From Calditrichia bacterium (GTDB lineage Bacteria > Calditrichota > Calditrichia > JAJRVZ01), in the NCBI GenBank assembly GCA_963796965.1, contig CAWCNS010000007.1:832001-896000 (forward strand): a DNA stretch of 64,000 nt. Reading direction: 5' to 3'. The first letter of the stretch is position 1. Each line of letters starts with the position of its first letter. Of this stretch, positions 9,619 to 19,096 are shown one piece after another. A model generated the notes under the pieces. It worked only from the letters and a program-made list of their open reading frames with translations. It was not told where the DNA came from and ran no database searches. A program made the position numbers and the translations under genes.

Positions 9619-12066
9619 TCATGCTCCTAATCGTAAGATATCCGCAAAAACACCCGCCGCTGTAACCGCAGCCCCGGCGCCAGGCCCCTTTATCACTAGG
9701 GGATAGTTTTTATAATAATCGGAGTAAATAATTATTATATTTTCACTTCCAATTAATGAGAAGGAGGGATGTGTCTGATCAACCGTTGTCAAAGCAATAC
9801 TTGCTTTGTTGTTCTCATAACGGGCAATATAGCGCAGGACACCGCCATCTTGTTCTGCTTTCAACCGCTGTTTTTCCATTGCCTGGTCATTTTTCTTTAG
9901 CATCGAATACAATTGACTGACCGAATTCGCTTTTTCTGCATCTGCAGGAAGCAACCCCTGTAATTTGATCTGCTTCATTTCAAAGTCATAACCTGCTTCA
10001 CGGATTAAAATAAGAAGTTTACGGGCTACGTCCATGCCATTTAAATCCTGACGTGGATCGGGTTCTGTATACCCCATCTCTTTCGCTTCGCGAACCATTT
10101 GGCTAAAAGGTTTGCTTCCATCAAAATTATTAAAGAGATAACTTAATGTGCCAGAGAGGACTGCTTCAATTTTCCAGATTTTATCCCCACTGGCAATCAT
10201 GTTTTGTATCGATTCGATAACCGGCAATCCAGCGCCCACATTGGTCTCATATTTAAACATTGCTTCATTTTTTAATGCCAGAGATCGTAGTTTTATATAC
10301 TTTGACATGGGTTGTGCATTAGCCATTTTATTGGGCGTAACAATTGAGATACCTGAATCTAAAATTTTATCATAATACCCGGCAATTTTACCACTGGCAG
10401 TACAGTCAACAAAAACGCTATTTGGCAAAGTGACCGCCTGCATTTGGTCGATAAAACTGTCAATATCAGATTTGCTTTTACTCTGTTCCAACTGTTTTTG
10501 CCAGGTTTCCAGATCCAGCCCTTTCGGATTGATTGTCATTTTATCAATATCTGCCATACCAATTAAATTGATGGTGAGGGATCGCCTGGTTGATAAGAAC
10601 TCCTTTTGCCTTACTATCTGGGATAATAATTCGCTACCAATTAAACCGGTACCTATTAAAAAAAGATTTATCACAGTTTTTTCTGTACGAAAAAAATTGT
10701 CATGGATAACATTTAAAGATTTAGCTTCATCTCCCCTGGAAATTACGACAGAAATATTTAATTCGGATGAACCCTGGGCAATGGCAGATATGTTCACACC
10801 ATGATCACCCAATGTTTGAAAGATACGTCCGGCAATCCCTTTAGTTTTTCGCATATTTTCACCGACAATAGCAATGACAGACTTATTTGCTTCTACCGTA
10901 ATTTCATTTATCTGTCCATAATGAATCTCATATCGTAATTCTTTTTCTAATGCCGCCTTTGCTTTTTTCACCGCATCAGGTAACACACCTAAACAAATGG
11001 AATGCTCCGAAGAGGCCTGAGAAATCAATATTATATTGACATTTACTGCTGCCAATGCTCTGAAAATGCGTTCAGCAATGCCTGTTGCGCCAACCATACC
11101 ACTTCCCTGGATCTGAATTAACGAGACCCTATCAATAGACGATAATCCACGAATGACGTCACCATTTTTTGCTGATTTCTTACTGATCAAAGTCCCTTCG
11201 AAAGCAGGATTAAAGGTATTTTTAATCCTCAGAGAGATATTTTTATCCAATGCCGGCTGCATGGTAGGAGGATGGATCACTTTCGCGCCAAAATGAGACA
11301 ACTCCATTGCTTCTTCGTAAGTCATCTGCTTTACTGGGAATGCCTGGGGTACTTTTCGTGGATCTGCCGTAAGGACACCATCCACATCTGTCCAGATCTC
11401 AATTTCTTTCGCCCCGAGTGCCGCCCCAAATACTGAGGCACTAAAATCAGAACCTCCCCGCCCTAGAGTTGTCGTCTCATTATTGGATGTCGCACCAATG
11501 AATCCGGTTATAATATATACACGCTTTTTATTTTCAAATTCTGACCTTATTTTTCGGTTTGATCGTTTAAAATCAACCCGGGCATTCCCAAAGGAATCAT
11601 CAGTGGTAATAAGATTCCGGCTATCTACAAAATCATTATTTAAACCTTTCTCTTTCAAACATTCGCTGATTATAAAAGCTGAGAGCCTTTCACCAAAACT
11701 CATAACATAATCTAATGTCTTTGGTGTTAGTTCTTTAACAAGAAAGACACCATACAAAATTTCTTCCAGATTTTTTAATCTGAAGTTAATTTCATTCAGG
11801 GCTGTTTTGCGGTTTTTCACTGATAATAATACACTTGCAGTATCAATATGCCTTTGACAAACTTCTTCAAGAAGTATTTTATATCTCTCGTTACCAACTG
11901 CTGCCAGATTGCCCATCTTGATCAGTTGGTCTGTAACACCTTGAAAGGCAGAAAAAACCACACAGATAAATTTATTCTTTTTATGTTTTGTCGTAATTAT
12001 TTCCACTACATTCAGAATTCGTTCCGCCGAACCAATAGAAGAACCCCCGAATTTCAATATTTTCAT
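9619..12066 (-). CDS. thrA: Bifunctional aspartokinase/homoserine dehydrogenase
   Basis: KFGGSS, TLGRGGSD, two ACT domains (QASSEHSI, QGSSELNI), GTGLIG, YETNVGAGLP, GYTEPDP, GPGAG; 815 aa. Confidence 0.95.
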   Translation of the reverse strand: MKILKFGGSSIGSAERILNVVEIITTKHKKNKFICVVFSAFQGVTDQLIKMGNLAAVGNERYKILLEEVCQRHIDTASVLLSVKNRKTALNEINFRLKNLEEILYGVFLVKELTPKTLDYVMSFGERLSAFIISECLKEKGLNNDFVDSRNLITTDDSFGNARVDFKRSNRKIRSEFENKKRVYIITGFIGATSNNETTTLGRGGSDFSASVFGAALGAKEIEIWTDVDGVLTADPRKVPQAFPVKQMTYEEAMELSHFGAKVIHPPTMQPALDKNISLRIKNTFNPAFEGTLISKKSAKNGDVIRGLSSIDRVSLIQIQGSGMVGATGIAERIFRALAAVNVNIILISQASSEHSICLGVLPDAVKKAKAALEKELRYEIHYGQINEITVEANKSVIAIVGENMRKTKGIAGRIFQTLGDHGVNISAIAQGSSELNISVVISRGDEAKSLNVIHDNFFRTEKTVINLFLIGTGLIGSELLSQIVRQKEFLSTRRSLTINLIGMADIDKMTINPKGLDLETWQKQLEQSKSKSDIDSFIDQMQAVTLPNSVFVDCTASGKIAGYYDKILDSGISIVTPNKMANAQPMSKYIKLRSLALKNEAMFKYETNVGAGLPVIESIQNMIASGDKIWKIEAVLSGTLSYLFNNFDGSKPFSQMVREAKEMGYTEPDPRQDLNGMDVARKLLILIREAGYDFEMKQIKLQGLLPADAEKANSVSQLYSMLKKNDQAMEKQRLKAEQDGGVLRYIARYENNKASIALTTVDQTHPSFSLIGSENIIIIYSDYYKNYPLVIKGPGAGAAVTAAGVFADILRLGA

Positions 12067-12108
12067 TCACTTCTCCGATACGAATTTACATTCAAACTCA
12101 AAATGTTT

Positions 12109-12151
12109 TTAAATACAAAGCACACTAAGGAGACTCAAAGATCACAAAGTT
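12109..12151. repeat. D-family arm upstream of thrA
   Basis: ttaaatacaaagcacactaaggagactcaaagatcacaaag. Confidence 0.6.
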
Positions 12152-12251
12152 ATAATTCAATTTAAATGTAGAATTTAGAAATATGAGTTCATAGTATAAT
12201 TATCTCTGTGGGTATAATGTCTAAAATAGTTTCATTTGTAAAATCACTAAT

Positions 12252-13221
12252 CTAAAACGCAGATGCTTTTAGCATAAGGCCACATGTCTCATCAAAGCCA
12301 AACATTAAATTCATATTTTGCACAGCCTGCCCAGAAGCACCTTTTAATAAATTATCTATTACTGACACAATCAGTATTTCATCTTCATGCTTTTCAATAT
12401 ACAAAAGAGCCTTTATTAGAATTAACAACCTGTTTGACATCAGGATTGTTATTGCTAATATTAACAAACGGATGCTCCAAATAATAGTTGCGGTACAACT
12501 CTTCGGCCTGTTCAACTGAAAGATCGGACCGGGTATAGACCGCTGCAAGGATCCCTCGTGTAAAACTTCCCCGGAATGGTAACATTTTTATTTCGGGTTC
12601 ATCACCGTATTGTAATTGTTTGATCACCATACGAATTTCATTCAAATGTTGATGATCAAAGGCTTTGTAGAGTGAAATATTTCCATGACGCCAACTGAAA
12701 TGTGATGTAGTACTTAAATTCTGCCCGGCTCCCGTTGAACCTGTAATAGCCGTTATATGTAATGGACTAACTAATAATTTATTTGTACTCAATGGCAGAT
12801 GAGCTAATTGAATAGCTGTAGCAAAACAACCGGGATTAGCGATGTTTTCTGCATTCATAATCTGCAGACGGTTCATTTCCGGTAAGCCATAAATAAACTG
12901 CCGTTCCCCGGGACTGGAAATGCGAAAATCCTGACTGAGATCAATAATTTTTATTGAATTGGGAATCCGGCTTTTTGTGATGAATGTTTCAGCCTCACCA
13001 TGAGCGACACATAAGAACATGACATCTATATCGAGAGAAAAATCAGAACTGAATTTTAAATCAGTATCTCCAAGCAAATCATGATGAATATCCGACAGAG
13101 ACTTACCGGCCTGGCTACGGCTTTGGACAAATTCCAGTTCAGTATGGGGGTGATAGAGTAACAATCGGATTAATTCCCCACCCGTGTAACCGGCTCCTCC
13201 AATTATTCCAACCTTTATCAT
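12252..13221 (-). CDS. argC: N-acetyl-gamma-glutamyl-phosphate reductase (one frameshift near 12410)
   Basis: [18 protein letters not shown] and GSTGAG in 12394..13221; [16 protein letters not shown] in 12252..12548. Confidence 0.95.
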
Positions 13222-14417
13222 GATTTATCTTTCTTATTTACAGCCCGATATATGCGTGTCTGATTTGATAATATTTTAGCAAAACCACGAACATCATCAC
13301 CAGTCCAGGCAAGATTTTTTTCACCATATGCTCCAAAATCAGGAGACATGAGATCATGTGGACTATCTATGCCCGTAATTTCAAAATGATAAGGTGCCAG
13401 TTTTAGAAAGGCCTTACCGGAAACTGTTTTTTGTGTATTTTCCAGAAACACCTCGATGTCCCGCATTACCGGATCAAGGAATTGACCCTCATGAAGAAGC
13501 ATGCCATACCAGTTGGCTAATTGATCTTTCCAATGTATTTGCCATTTTGTCAATGTATGTTTTTCTAAAGCCTGATGGGCTTTAATAATAATTATCGGTG
13601 CAGCTGCTTCAAATCCCACCCTTCCTTTAATTCCGATTATCGTATCACCAACATGTATGTCCCGCCCAATGCCAAAGGGTGCCGCCAAATCATTTAGAGT
13701 GTTGATCGCTTTCACCGAGCTTTCGAATTTCTTGGTGTCAAGCCCTCGTAACTGCCCTTCTTCAAAAAAAAGTTCTATGCTTGTTTCTTCTGATTGGGTA
13801 ACTTTCGTTGGATATGCAGATTGTGGCAGAGGTTTATCAGAAGATAATGTTTCTTTTCCGCCAACGGAAGTACCCCATAAACCCTGGTTTATTGAATATT
13901 GGGCCTCTTGCCAATCAAGATCGACCCCATGTACTTTTAAGTACTTTATCTCCTCATCTCGGGACAAGCCCTGATCACGTATTGGGGTTAATATCTCAAC
14001 ATCTGGATTCATGACATGAAACATCAGATCAAAACGCACTTGGTCATTTCCCGCACCCGTGCTTCCATGGGCAATATAATCAGCATTAACTTTATTAGCA
14101 TAGTCAGCGATCGCCAATGCCTGGAATACGCGTTCAGCACTAACCGAAAGCGGATAAGTACCGTTTTTTAATACATTTCCATATACCAGATAACGGATAC
14201 AATCCTGATAATATTTTTCGGTCGTTTCAATATTTTCATGATGGACAACACCCAGATTCACTGCCTTAGTCTTAATTTCACTTAACTCCCTTGTGGTAAA
14301 CCCACCCGTGTTTACAAGTACTGAATAGACATCAAGATCTTTTTCTTTCGATAAATATTTTACACAATAGGATGTATCAAGACCGCCACTAAAGGCTAAC
14401 ACTACTTTTTTCTTCAT
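13218..14417 (-). CDS. argG: Argininosuccinate synthase
   Basis: AFSGGLDTS and HGSTGAGNDQVRF motifs. Confidence 0.97.
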   Translation of the reverse strand: MKKKVVLAFSGGLDTSYCVKYLSKEKDLDVYSVLVNTGGFTTRELSEIKTKAVNLGVVHHENIETTEKYYQDCIRYLVYGNVLKNGTYPLSVSAERVFQALAIADYANKVNADYIAHGSTGAGNDQVRFDLMFHVMNPDVEILTPIRDQGLSRDEEIKYLKVHGVDLDWQEAQYSINQGLWGTSVGGKETLSSDKPLPQSAYPTKVTQSEETSIELFFEEGQLRGLDTKKFESSVKAINTLNDLAAPFGIGRDIHVGDTIIGIKGRVGFEAAAPIIIIKAHQALEKHTLTKWQIHWKDQLANWYGMLLHEGQFLDPVMRDIEVFLENTQKTVSGKAFLKLAPYHFEITGIDSPHDLMSPDFGAYGEKNLAWTGDDVRGFAKILSNQTRIYRAVNKKDKS

Positions 14418-14994
14418 ACTTTTTTTCTTCTTTCACCTTTTTCTTTTTTTCATCAGGATCATAGAGCATAGCCGTACACAGACAATATTTTTTACTTGTA
14501 CGCTCAAGAATATCATAATTCCGACAACCTTTGCATCCGGCCCAGAACTCCTCATCATCAGTCAATTGTGAAAACGTCACCGGACGGTAGCCCAGGCTAT
14601 AGTTAATCTTCATAACCGCCGGGCTTGTCGTTATACCGAACAATTTAGCGTGTGGCCATTTTTTGTGAGAAAGTCTAAATATTTCTTCTTTTATAAGCTT
14701 TCCGACACCCAATCCCCTAAACTCTGGAGCGACAATCAGACCTGAATTAGCAACAAAATTTTTATCCTCACCCCAGGATTCAATATAACAAAATCCCACA
14801 AACTTATCACCACCACTTATACCTATTACAGCCTTGCCCTCGCTTATCTTTTTAATGATATAGGCAGGTTCTCGCTTGGCAATACCCGTCGCTCTTTCCT
14901 TTGAAGATTCTTCAATAACACGACAAATCTCCTCGGCGTACTTTAAATGGATCGCTGTCGCTTCGACAATCTCTATTTTATGATTTGTTCCCAT
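14389..14994 (-). CDS. GNAT acetyltransferase, probable amino-acid N-acetyltransferase (ArgA role)
   Basis: FRGLGVG acetyl-CoA motif, FWAGCKGC...CLCTAM; first gene of the arg operon; GGAG RBS 6 nt before ATG 14994. Confidence 0.8.
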   Translation of the reverse strand: MGTNHKIEIVEATAIHLKYAEEICRVIEESSKERATGIAKREPAYIIKKISEGKAVIGISGGDKFVGFCYIESWGEDKNFVANSGLIVAPEFRGLGVGKLIKEEIFRLSHKKWPHAKLFGITTSPAVMKINYSLGYRPVTFSQLTDDEEFWAGCKGCRNYDILERTSKKYCLCTAMLYDPDEKKKKVKEEKKYEEKSSVSL

Positions 14995-15094
14995 ATATAT
15001 CTCCGATAAATTTAATAATATTTCCCTGTCCAGATATTCTGAACAATAATAAATTAATATGTATATTGGATTTTTTACAACAGATGGATACGAC

Positions 15095-15208
15095 CTAAGG
15101 TCGTCGTAAAGAGAACCCAGACACATGAATAAACATACGCCTGAGCGGTGAAAATGGAAGTATGATATGTAGGTTATCTATCGTCAACTCTAACAAGCCT
15201 TTCAACAT
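15095..15208 (-). CDS. Putative arg operon leader peptide MLKGLLELTIDNLHIILPFSPLRRMFIHVSGFSLRRP* (alternative TTG start at 15187)
   Basis: Short ORF between the promoter and the first arg gene, with two Arg doublets (AGG CGT and CGA CGA), a Pro-TAG end and a hairpin over the stop. Confidence 0.65.
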   Translation of the reverse strand: MLKGLLELTIDNLHIILPFSPLRRMFIHVSGFSLRRP

Positions 15209-15225
15209 ATAAATTTGCACCACCG

Positions 15226-15254
15226 AATATACTAATAATCAATCCAAAAGTAAA
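15226..15254 (-). promoter_or_regulatory. Sigma70-like promoter of the arg operon
   Basis: Minus strand TTTACT-17 nt-TATATT. Confidence 0.5.
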
Positions 15255-15348
15255 TATTATTTCATTATTTTGTATATTTATTCAATTCTACGGATATCCA
15301 ATCAAAAAGTTCCGCTATACCACTCCATCAGGTCAAATAGTAATTCTT

Positions 15349-15547
15349 CTACATTTTTGTAGTTTATATTTTCAATACTACAATTATGAAGTATGCATCA
15401 CGGCGATGTCCCCTTCTCTCCAATATCACAAAATAATTTAATCTCCGCATAGGGGGTAATCAAAATACCGCACAAAAATTTATACCAAGAAATCTCCCAT
15501 TTACTACAAATTTGTGAATATAAATATGGTTATCTACAATTATGTAT
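15349..15547. promoter_or_regulatory. Four CTACA-N4-TGTAG-like palindromes in two pairs (candidate enhancer-binding-protein sites)
   Basis: 15349 CTACATTTTTGTAG; 15378 CTACAATTATGAAG; 15504 CTACAAATTTGTGA; 15534 CTACAATTATGTAT. Confidence 0.65.
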
Positions 15548-15625
15548 AATTTCAAAATGGATATCTCATTTCAATAAACTTCTTATCTTACTATTAATAT
15601 TTAGTTTATGTCGCCTTGTATGTTT

Positions 15626-15642
15626 TTGGCACATCCCTTGCA
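15626..15642 (+). promoter_or_regulatory. Sigma54 (-24/-12) promoter of glnK-amtB
   Basis: TTGGCAC-atccc-TTGCA, exact consensus spacing, 66 nt before the P-II start. Confidence 0.9.
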
Positions 15643-15708
15643 AATCAATTCAAAATTATATCAAACGAATAGTTAAATATTATTATCCAATAATTTAAGG
15701 AGCTGCGA

Positions 15709-16050
15709 ATGAAATTAATTATCGCTTATATTCAACCTGAAAAACTCAATTCCGTCAAACAGGCACTCTATGCCCAGGATGTATATAAACTTTCTATCAC
15801 AAATGCTCTGGGTTGTGGCGAACAAAAGGGGTATCACGAAAACTATCGGGGTGCTGATATTGAAGTTAATCTGCTTAAAAAAGTACGCCTTGAAATTGCC
15901 GTAAATGCCAAATTTGTCAAACCCACAGTTGAAGCTATAATTGAAGGTGCCAAAACTGGCACTATTGGCGATGGTAAAATCTTTGTCCAAAATCTTGAGG
16001 AATGCTATCGTATCCGCACCGGCGAAACCGGCACCGATGCCATTGGTTAG
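15709..16050 (+). CDS. glnK: P-II nitrogen regulatory protein
   Basis: YRGA T-loop, [17 protein letters not shown]; adjacent to amtB; AAGGAG RBS. Confidence 0.93.
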   Translation: MKLIIAYIQPEKLNSVKQALYAQDVYKLSITNALGCGEQKGYHENYRGADIEVNLLKKVRLEIAVNAKFVKPTVEAIIEGAKTGTIGDGKIFVQNLEECYRIRTGETGTDAIG

Positions 16051-16061
16051 TAAGTCGAGGA

Positions 16062-16287
16062 AATTTAATACACGATACAAAATATTTGAAAGAATTCGTG
16101 TAATGAGAAAATCAGTCTGTGGCGTTACGTTTAATAGAAGTGATAAAACTTTATAAATTATCAATACATCTGCAATGTCATGCTTAAAGCATCATCCTGA
16201 TTATCAAAATCGCATCTTCGTCAAGGAAGATCCCTACAGGATGACAAAAATGGAAAAAAACTTTTCGACTTCGCGGCTTTGCGAAAA
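16062..16287. repeat. Degenerate composite element between glnK and amtB
   Basis: C-type tgtcat...ggaagatccctacaggatgaca (16176-16246) and A-type right arm cttcgcggctttgcgaaa. Confidence 0.6.
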
Positions 16288-16331
16288 TAAATAATCAAAT
16301 AATTATTAAACGATATATTGAGAGGAATGCA

Positions 16332-17658
16332 ATGAAAATAAAATATTCAGGAATGATAAAGTTATTTGTTTTAGTATTTGTATTAGGAATGAGTAGTATG
16401 GCTTTTGCAGATCCGGATCCGGAGGTCTCTGCTGCTGATGCCCTTTTCACCATTAATAACGTCTGGATGATGGTATCCATATTTCTTGTATTTATTATGC
16501 ATCTAGGATTTGCGACCCTTGAGACCGGATTAACCCGTGCTAAAAACACAGTCAACATACTCTTTAAAAATACCTCTATCGTTTCAATCGGCCTCTTAAC
16601 TTATGCACTTATTGGATTCAATTTAATGTATCCTGGAGATTCCTGGTTAATATCGAGTATCTTTGGTTTTGGCGGCATTGGAATTGGTACAGATGCCTCT
16701 GGTATTACTTCTGCTTATAATCCCGGCTATACCTATTGGACAGACTTTCTTTTCCAGGGTATGTTTGCTGCCACCGCCGCAACAATCGTATCCGGTGCTG
16801 TAGCTGAACGAATTAAAGTCCAGAGTTTTCTAGTATTTTCGATGATCTATATCGCGATTTTCTATCCAATCATAGGTTCATGGGGATGGGGAGGCGGATG
16901 GTTATCTGACCTTAATTTTCATGACTTCGCCGGTTCGACTTTTGTTCATTCAGTCGGTGGTTGGGCCGCTCTGGCCGGTGTTCTTGTCCTTGGTCCACGC
17001 TATGGTAAATATGTTAATGGGAGCATCAAACCAATTATGGGGCACAATATGCCTTTGGCCGCCATTGGTGTATTTCTTCTCTGGTTGGGTTGGTTTGGAT
17101 TTAACGGTGGTTCGGTTCTCTCTGCCGATCCGGGTGCCGTATCCTATGTCCTGGTAACCACCTGTTTGGCAGCCTCAGCCGGAATTTTAGGGGCGATGAT
17201 AGTTTCATGGAAGGCACAAAGTAAACCAGATCTTTCCATGGTGCTTAATGGTTGTCTGGCTGGCCTGGTAGGTATTACCGCAGGGGCAGATGTTGTTTCT
17301 ATCGGAGCAGCGATCATTATAGGTTTTGTGGCAGGAGCCATTGTCGTTTTAGCTGTAGAAGGGATCGACCGTTTGCGTATCGATGATCCGGTTGGGGCCA
17401 TCTCGGTTCACCTCATTTGCGGTATTTGGGGAACCCTGGCTGTAGGCATTTTCGCAGATGAATTTAGTATTCTGGTACCAGCTAATCGGCATTGTCGCTG
17501 CTGGTGCTTTATCTTTTGCAGCTGCTTTTGGTATCTTTTATATACTTAAAGTGAGTATGGGAATCCGCGTGGAACTCGACGAGGAAATCCGCGGATTAGA
17601 TATTGGCGAGCATGGTATGGAAGCGTATAATAGTTTTCAGATATTTAGTTCGCAATAA
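16332..17658 (+). CDS. amtB: Ammonium transporter (one frameshift near 17475)
   Basis: FQGMFAAT, SGAVAER, DFAGSTFVH, GWFGFNGGS, DDPVGAISVH; C-terminal GLDIGEHG in the second frame. Confidence 0.95.
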
Positions 17659-17688
17659 TAATTCTATTAACGTGATCTATTAACAAAA

Positions 17689-17834
17689 TTCTCTCGCAAA
17701 GGCGCTAAGTCGCAGAGAAATATATATTTATAAATGATATAAAATAAAGACAAGTAGAGTTTAAATAAATCATTTAAAAATAAATCTTTGCGTCTCAGCG
17801 TCTTTGCGAGAGACATTCGTGAAAATTCGTGGAC
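17689..17834. repeat. A-family element plus B-family right arm between convergent genes
   Basis: tctctcgcaaaggcgctaagtcgcagaga paired with tctttgcgtctcagcgtctttgcgagaga, followed by attcgtgaaaattcgtggac. Confidence 0.85.
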
Positions 17835-17854
17835 ATATATATTTCACCTTTGGT

Positions 17855-18956
17855 CTAAATCCTGTTTGAAAACGTTCTCAACGCTGAAAAATCTTTATCA
17901 TTTAATCCCTTATAATGAAAGATACAAATCCCGTCTGCACCCATTGAAAGGGCATCATCTGCCTGTTTAATCATTTCAGCTGTTTCTGTTTCTCCGCCAC
18001 TCCATTTTCGGCCTAGCCCGGAGTAAATGGCTGTTTGCCCCTCCATCAGGTTTAATTGCATTTCCAATAATTCTTTATGTTTTTTGCGATCGGTGGTATA
18101 ATTCATCGGACATATAAAATCAAACAGACCGTCATGTCCCCAATTGATCCAATCCTGTCCTTCCACAATGGCGCTTCCGAAATAATCTGCCCGGGCAGCC
18201 ATGGACATTTTTATATTATTCTGATCAGCTTAACTTTCTTAATTCAAGCACCTCATCTGTTATATTTTTATTTCTTACTTTCAGGTATTGATAAAGCATT
18301 CCCGGATTTTGCAAGTCTTCTGAAGTTATATCTCTTTTCCCGAGAAAACGTTCATAATTCTGTTTACATGCCTCACATCGGCAGGGCCAATTGATTCCCA
18401 TGCCGGTGTCGATATACCGAATATAATCCAGATGAAAGGCTGGTATCTGGTGATTGTTGATAACATCTGAGGCAATTCGTAAAGCGCCAATCCTGGTAGC
18501 ATGCCACGAGGCACAGAACCTGCCATTTCTTGAACTTCCACCTGGTTTTCCACTTTCATAAGATCGTATTTCCCTGTTCTTCTTTGACAAACCGATATCT
18601 TTGATTCCGCCGATAATTGGGTGTATTTCGACCCCTGCTTTCGTTGCAATTTCTATTAATCCAGTTAATTTATCTTCTGCAATAAAACCATTTATGGATG
18701 CATTATACCAGGCTTGATTATCTTCAGGATGGGAATGTACAAAGAGGATAATCACACCGATACCGGATTCCCGCACTTTTGTGAGTTCAGCAAGCACCTG
18801 ATCATTCTCACCAAGAAAATCCGTATTGGCATGTGCCCATACCATTATTTTTGTTTTGCTGTTTTTTGATGTTGAAGATTGCAATGGATTCGTACCTGAT
18901 AGTGAAATAGCAGTGGATGTCACAGCCGCTGTTCTTAGAAAATCTCTCCGTTTCAT
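17855..18956 (-). CDS. Tat-exported glycoside hydrolase-like 10 (DUF187-type) protein, frameshift near 18225
   Basis: MKRRDFLRTAA twin-arginine signal; HLDYIRY, GQDWINW, DFICPMNY and GADGICIF TIM-barrel motifs. Confidence 0.7.
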
Positions 18957-18983
18957 CGTTAATCCTTCCAAAAGTATTATATC

Positions 18984-19086
18984 TTTTACCACAAAGTTCA
19001 CCAAGAAGGCACTAAGATCACAAAGTTTTTATTAAAAAAAATTTTTTGTGTACTTTGCGTCTTCTTGGAGTACTTAGTGTTTAAAA
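18984..19086. repeat. D-family inverted-repeat element
   Basis: ttttaccacaaagttcaccaagaaggcactaagatcacaaag paired with tttgtgtactttgcgtcttcttggagtacttagtgtttaaaa. Confidence 0.8.
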
Positions 19087-19096
19087 ATCAGCTATA

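Noticed and set aside
12067..12251. Thr/Ile attenuator upstream of thrA
   Set aside because: No Thr/Ile-rich ORF or terminator found; only a D-family arm and AT-rich sequence.
14995..15126. N-terminal ORF extensions of the GNAT gene, argB (to 9545), hisG (to 34649) and the 49344 ORF
   Set aside because: They run through leader or repeat DNA; better starts with an RBS or family-typical N-termini lie downstream.
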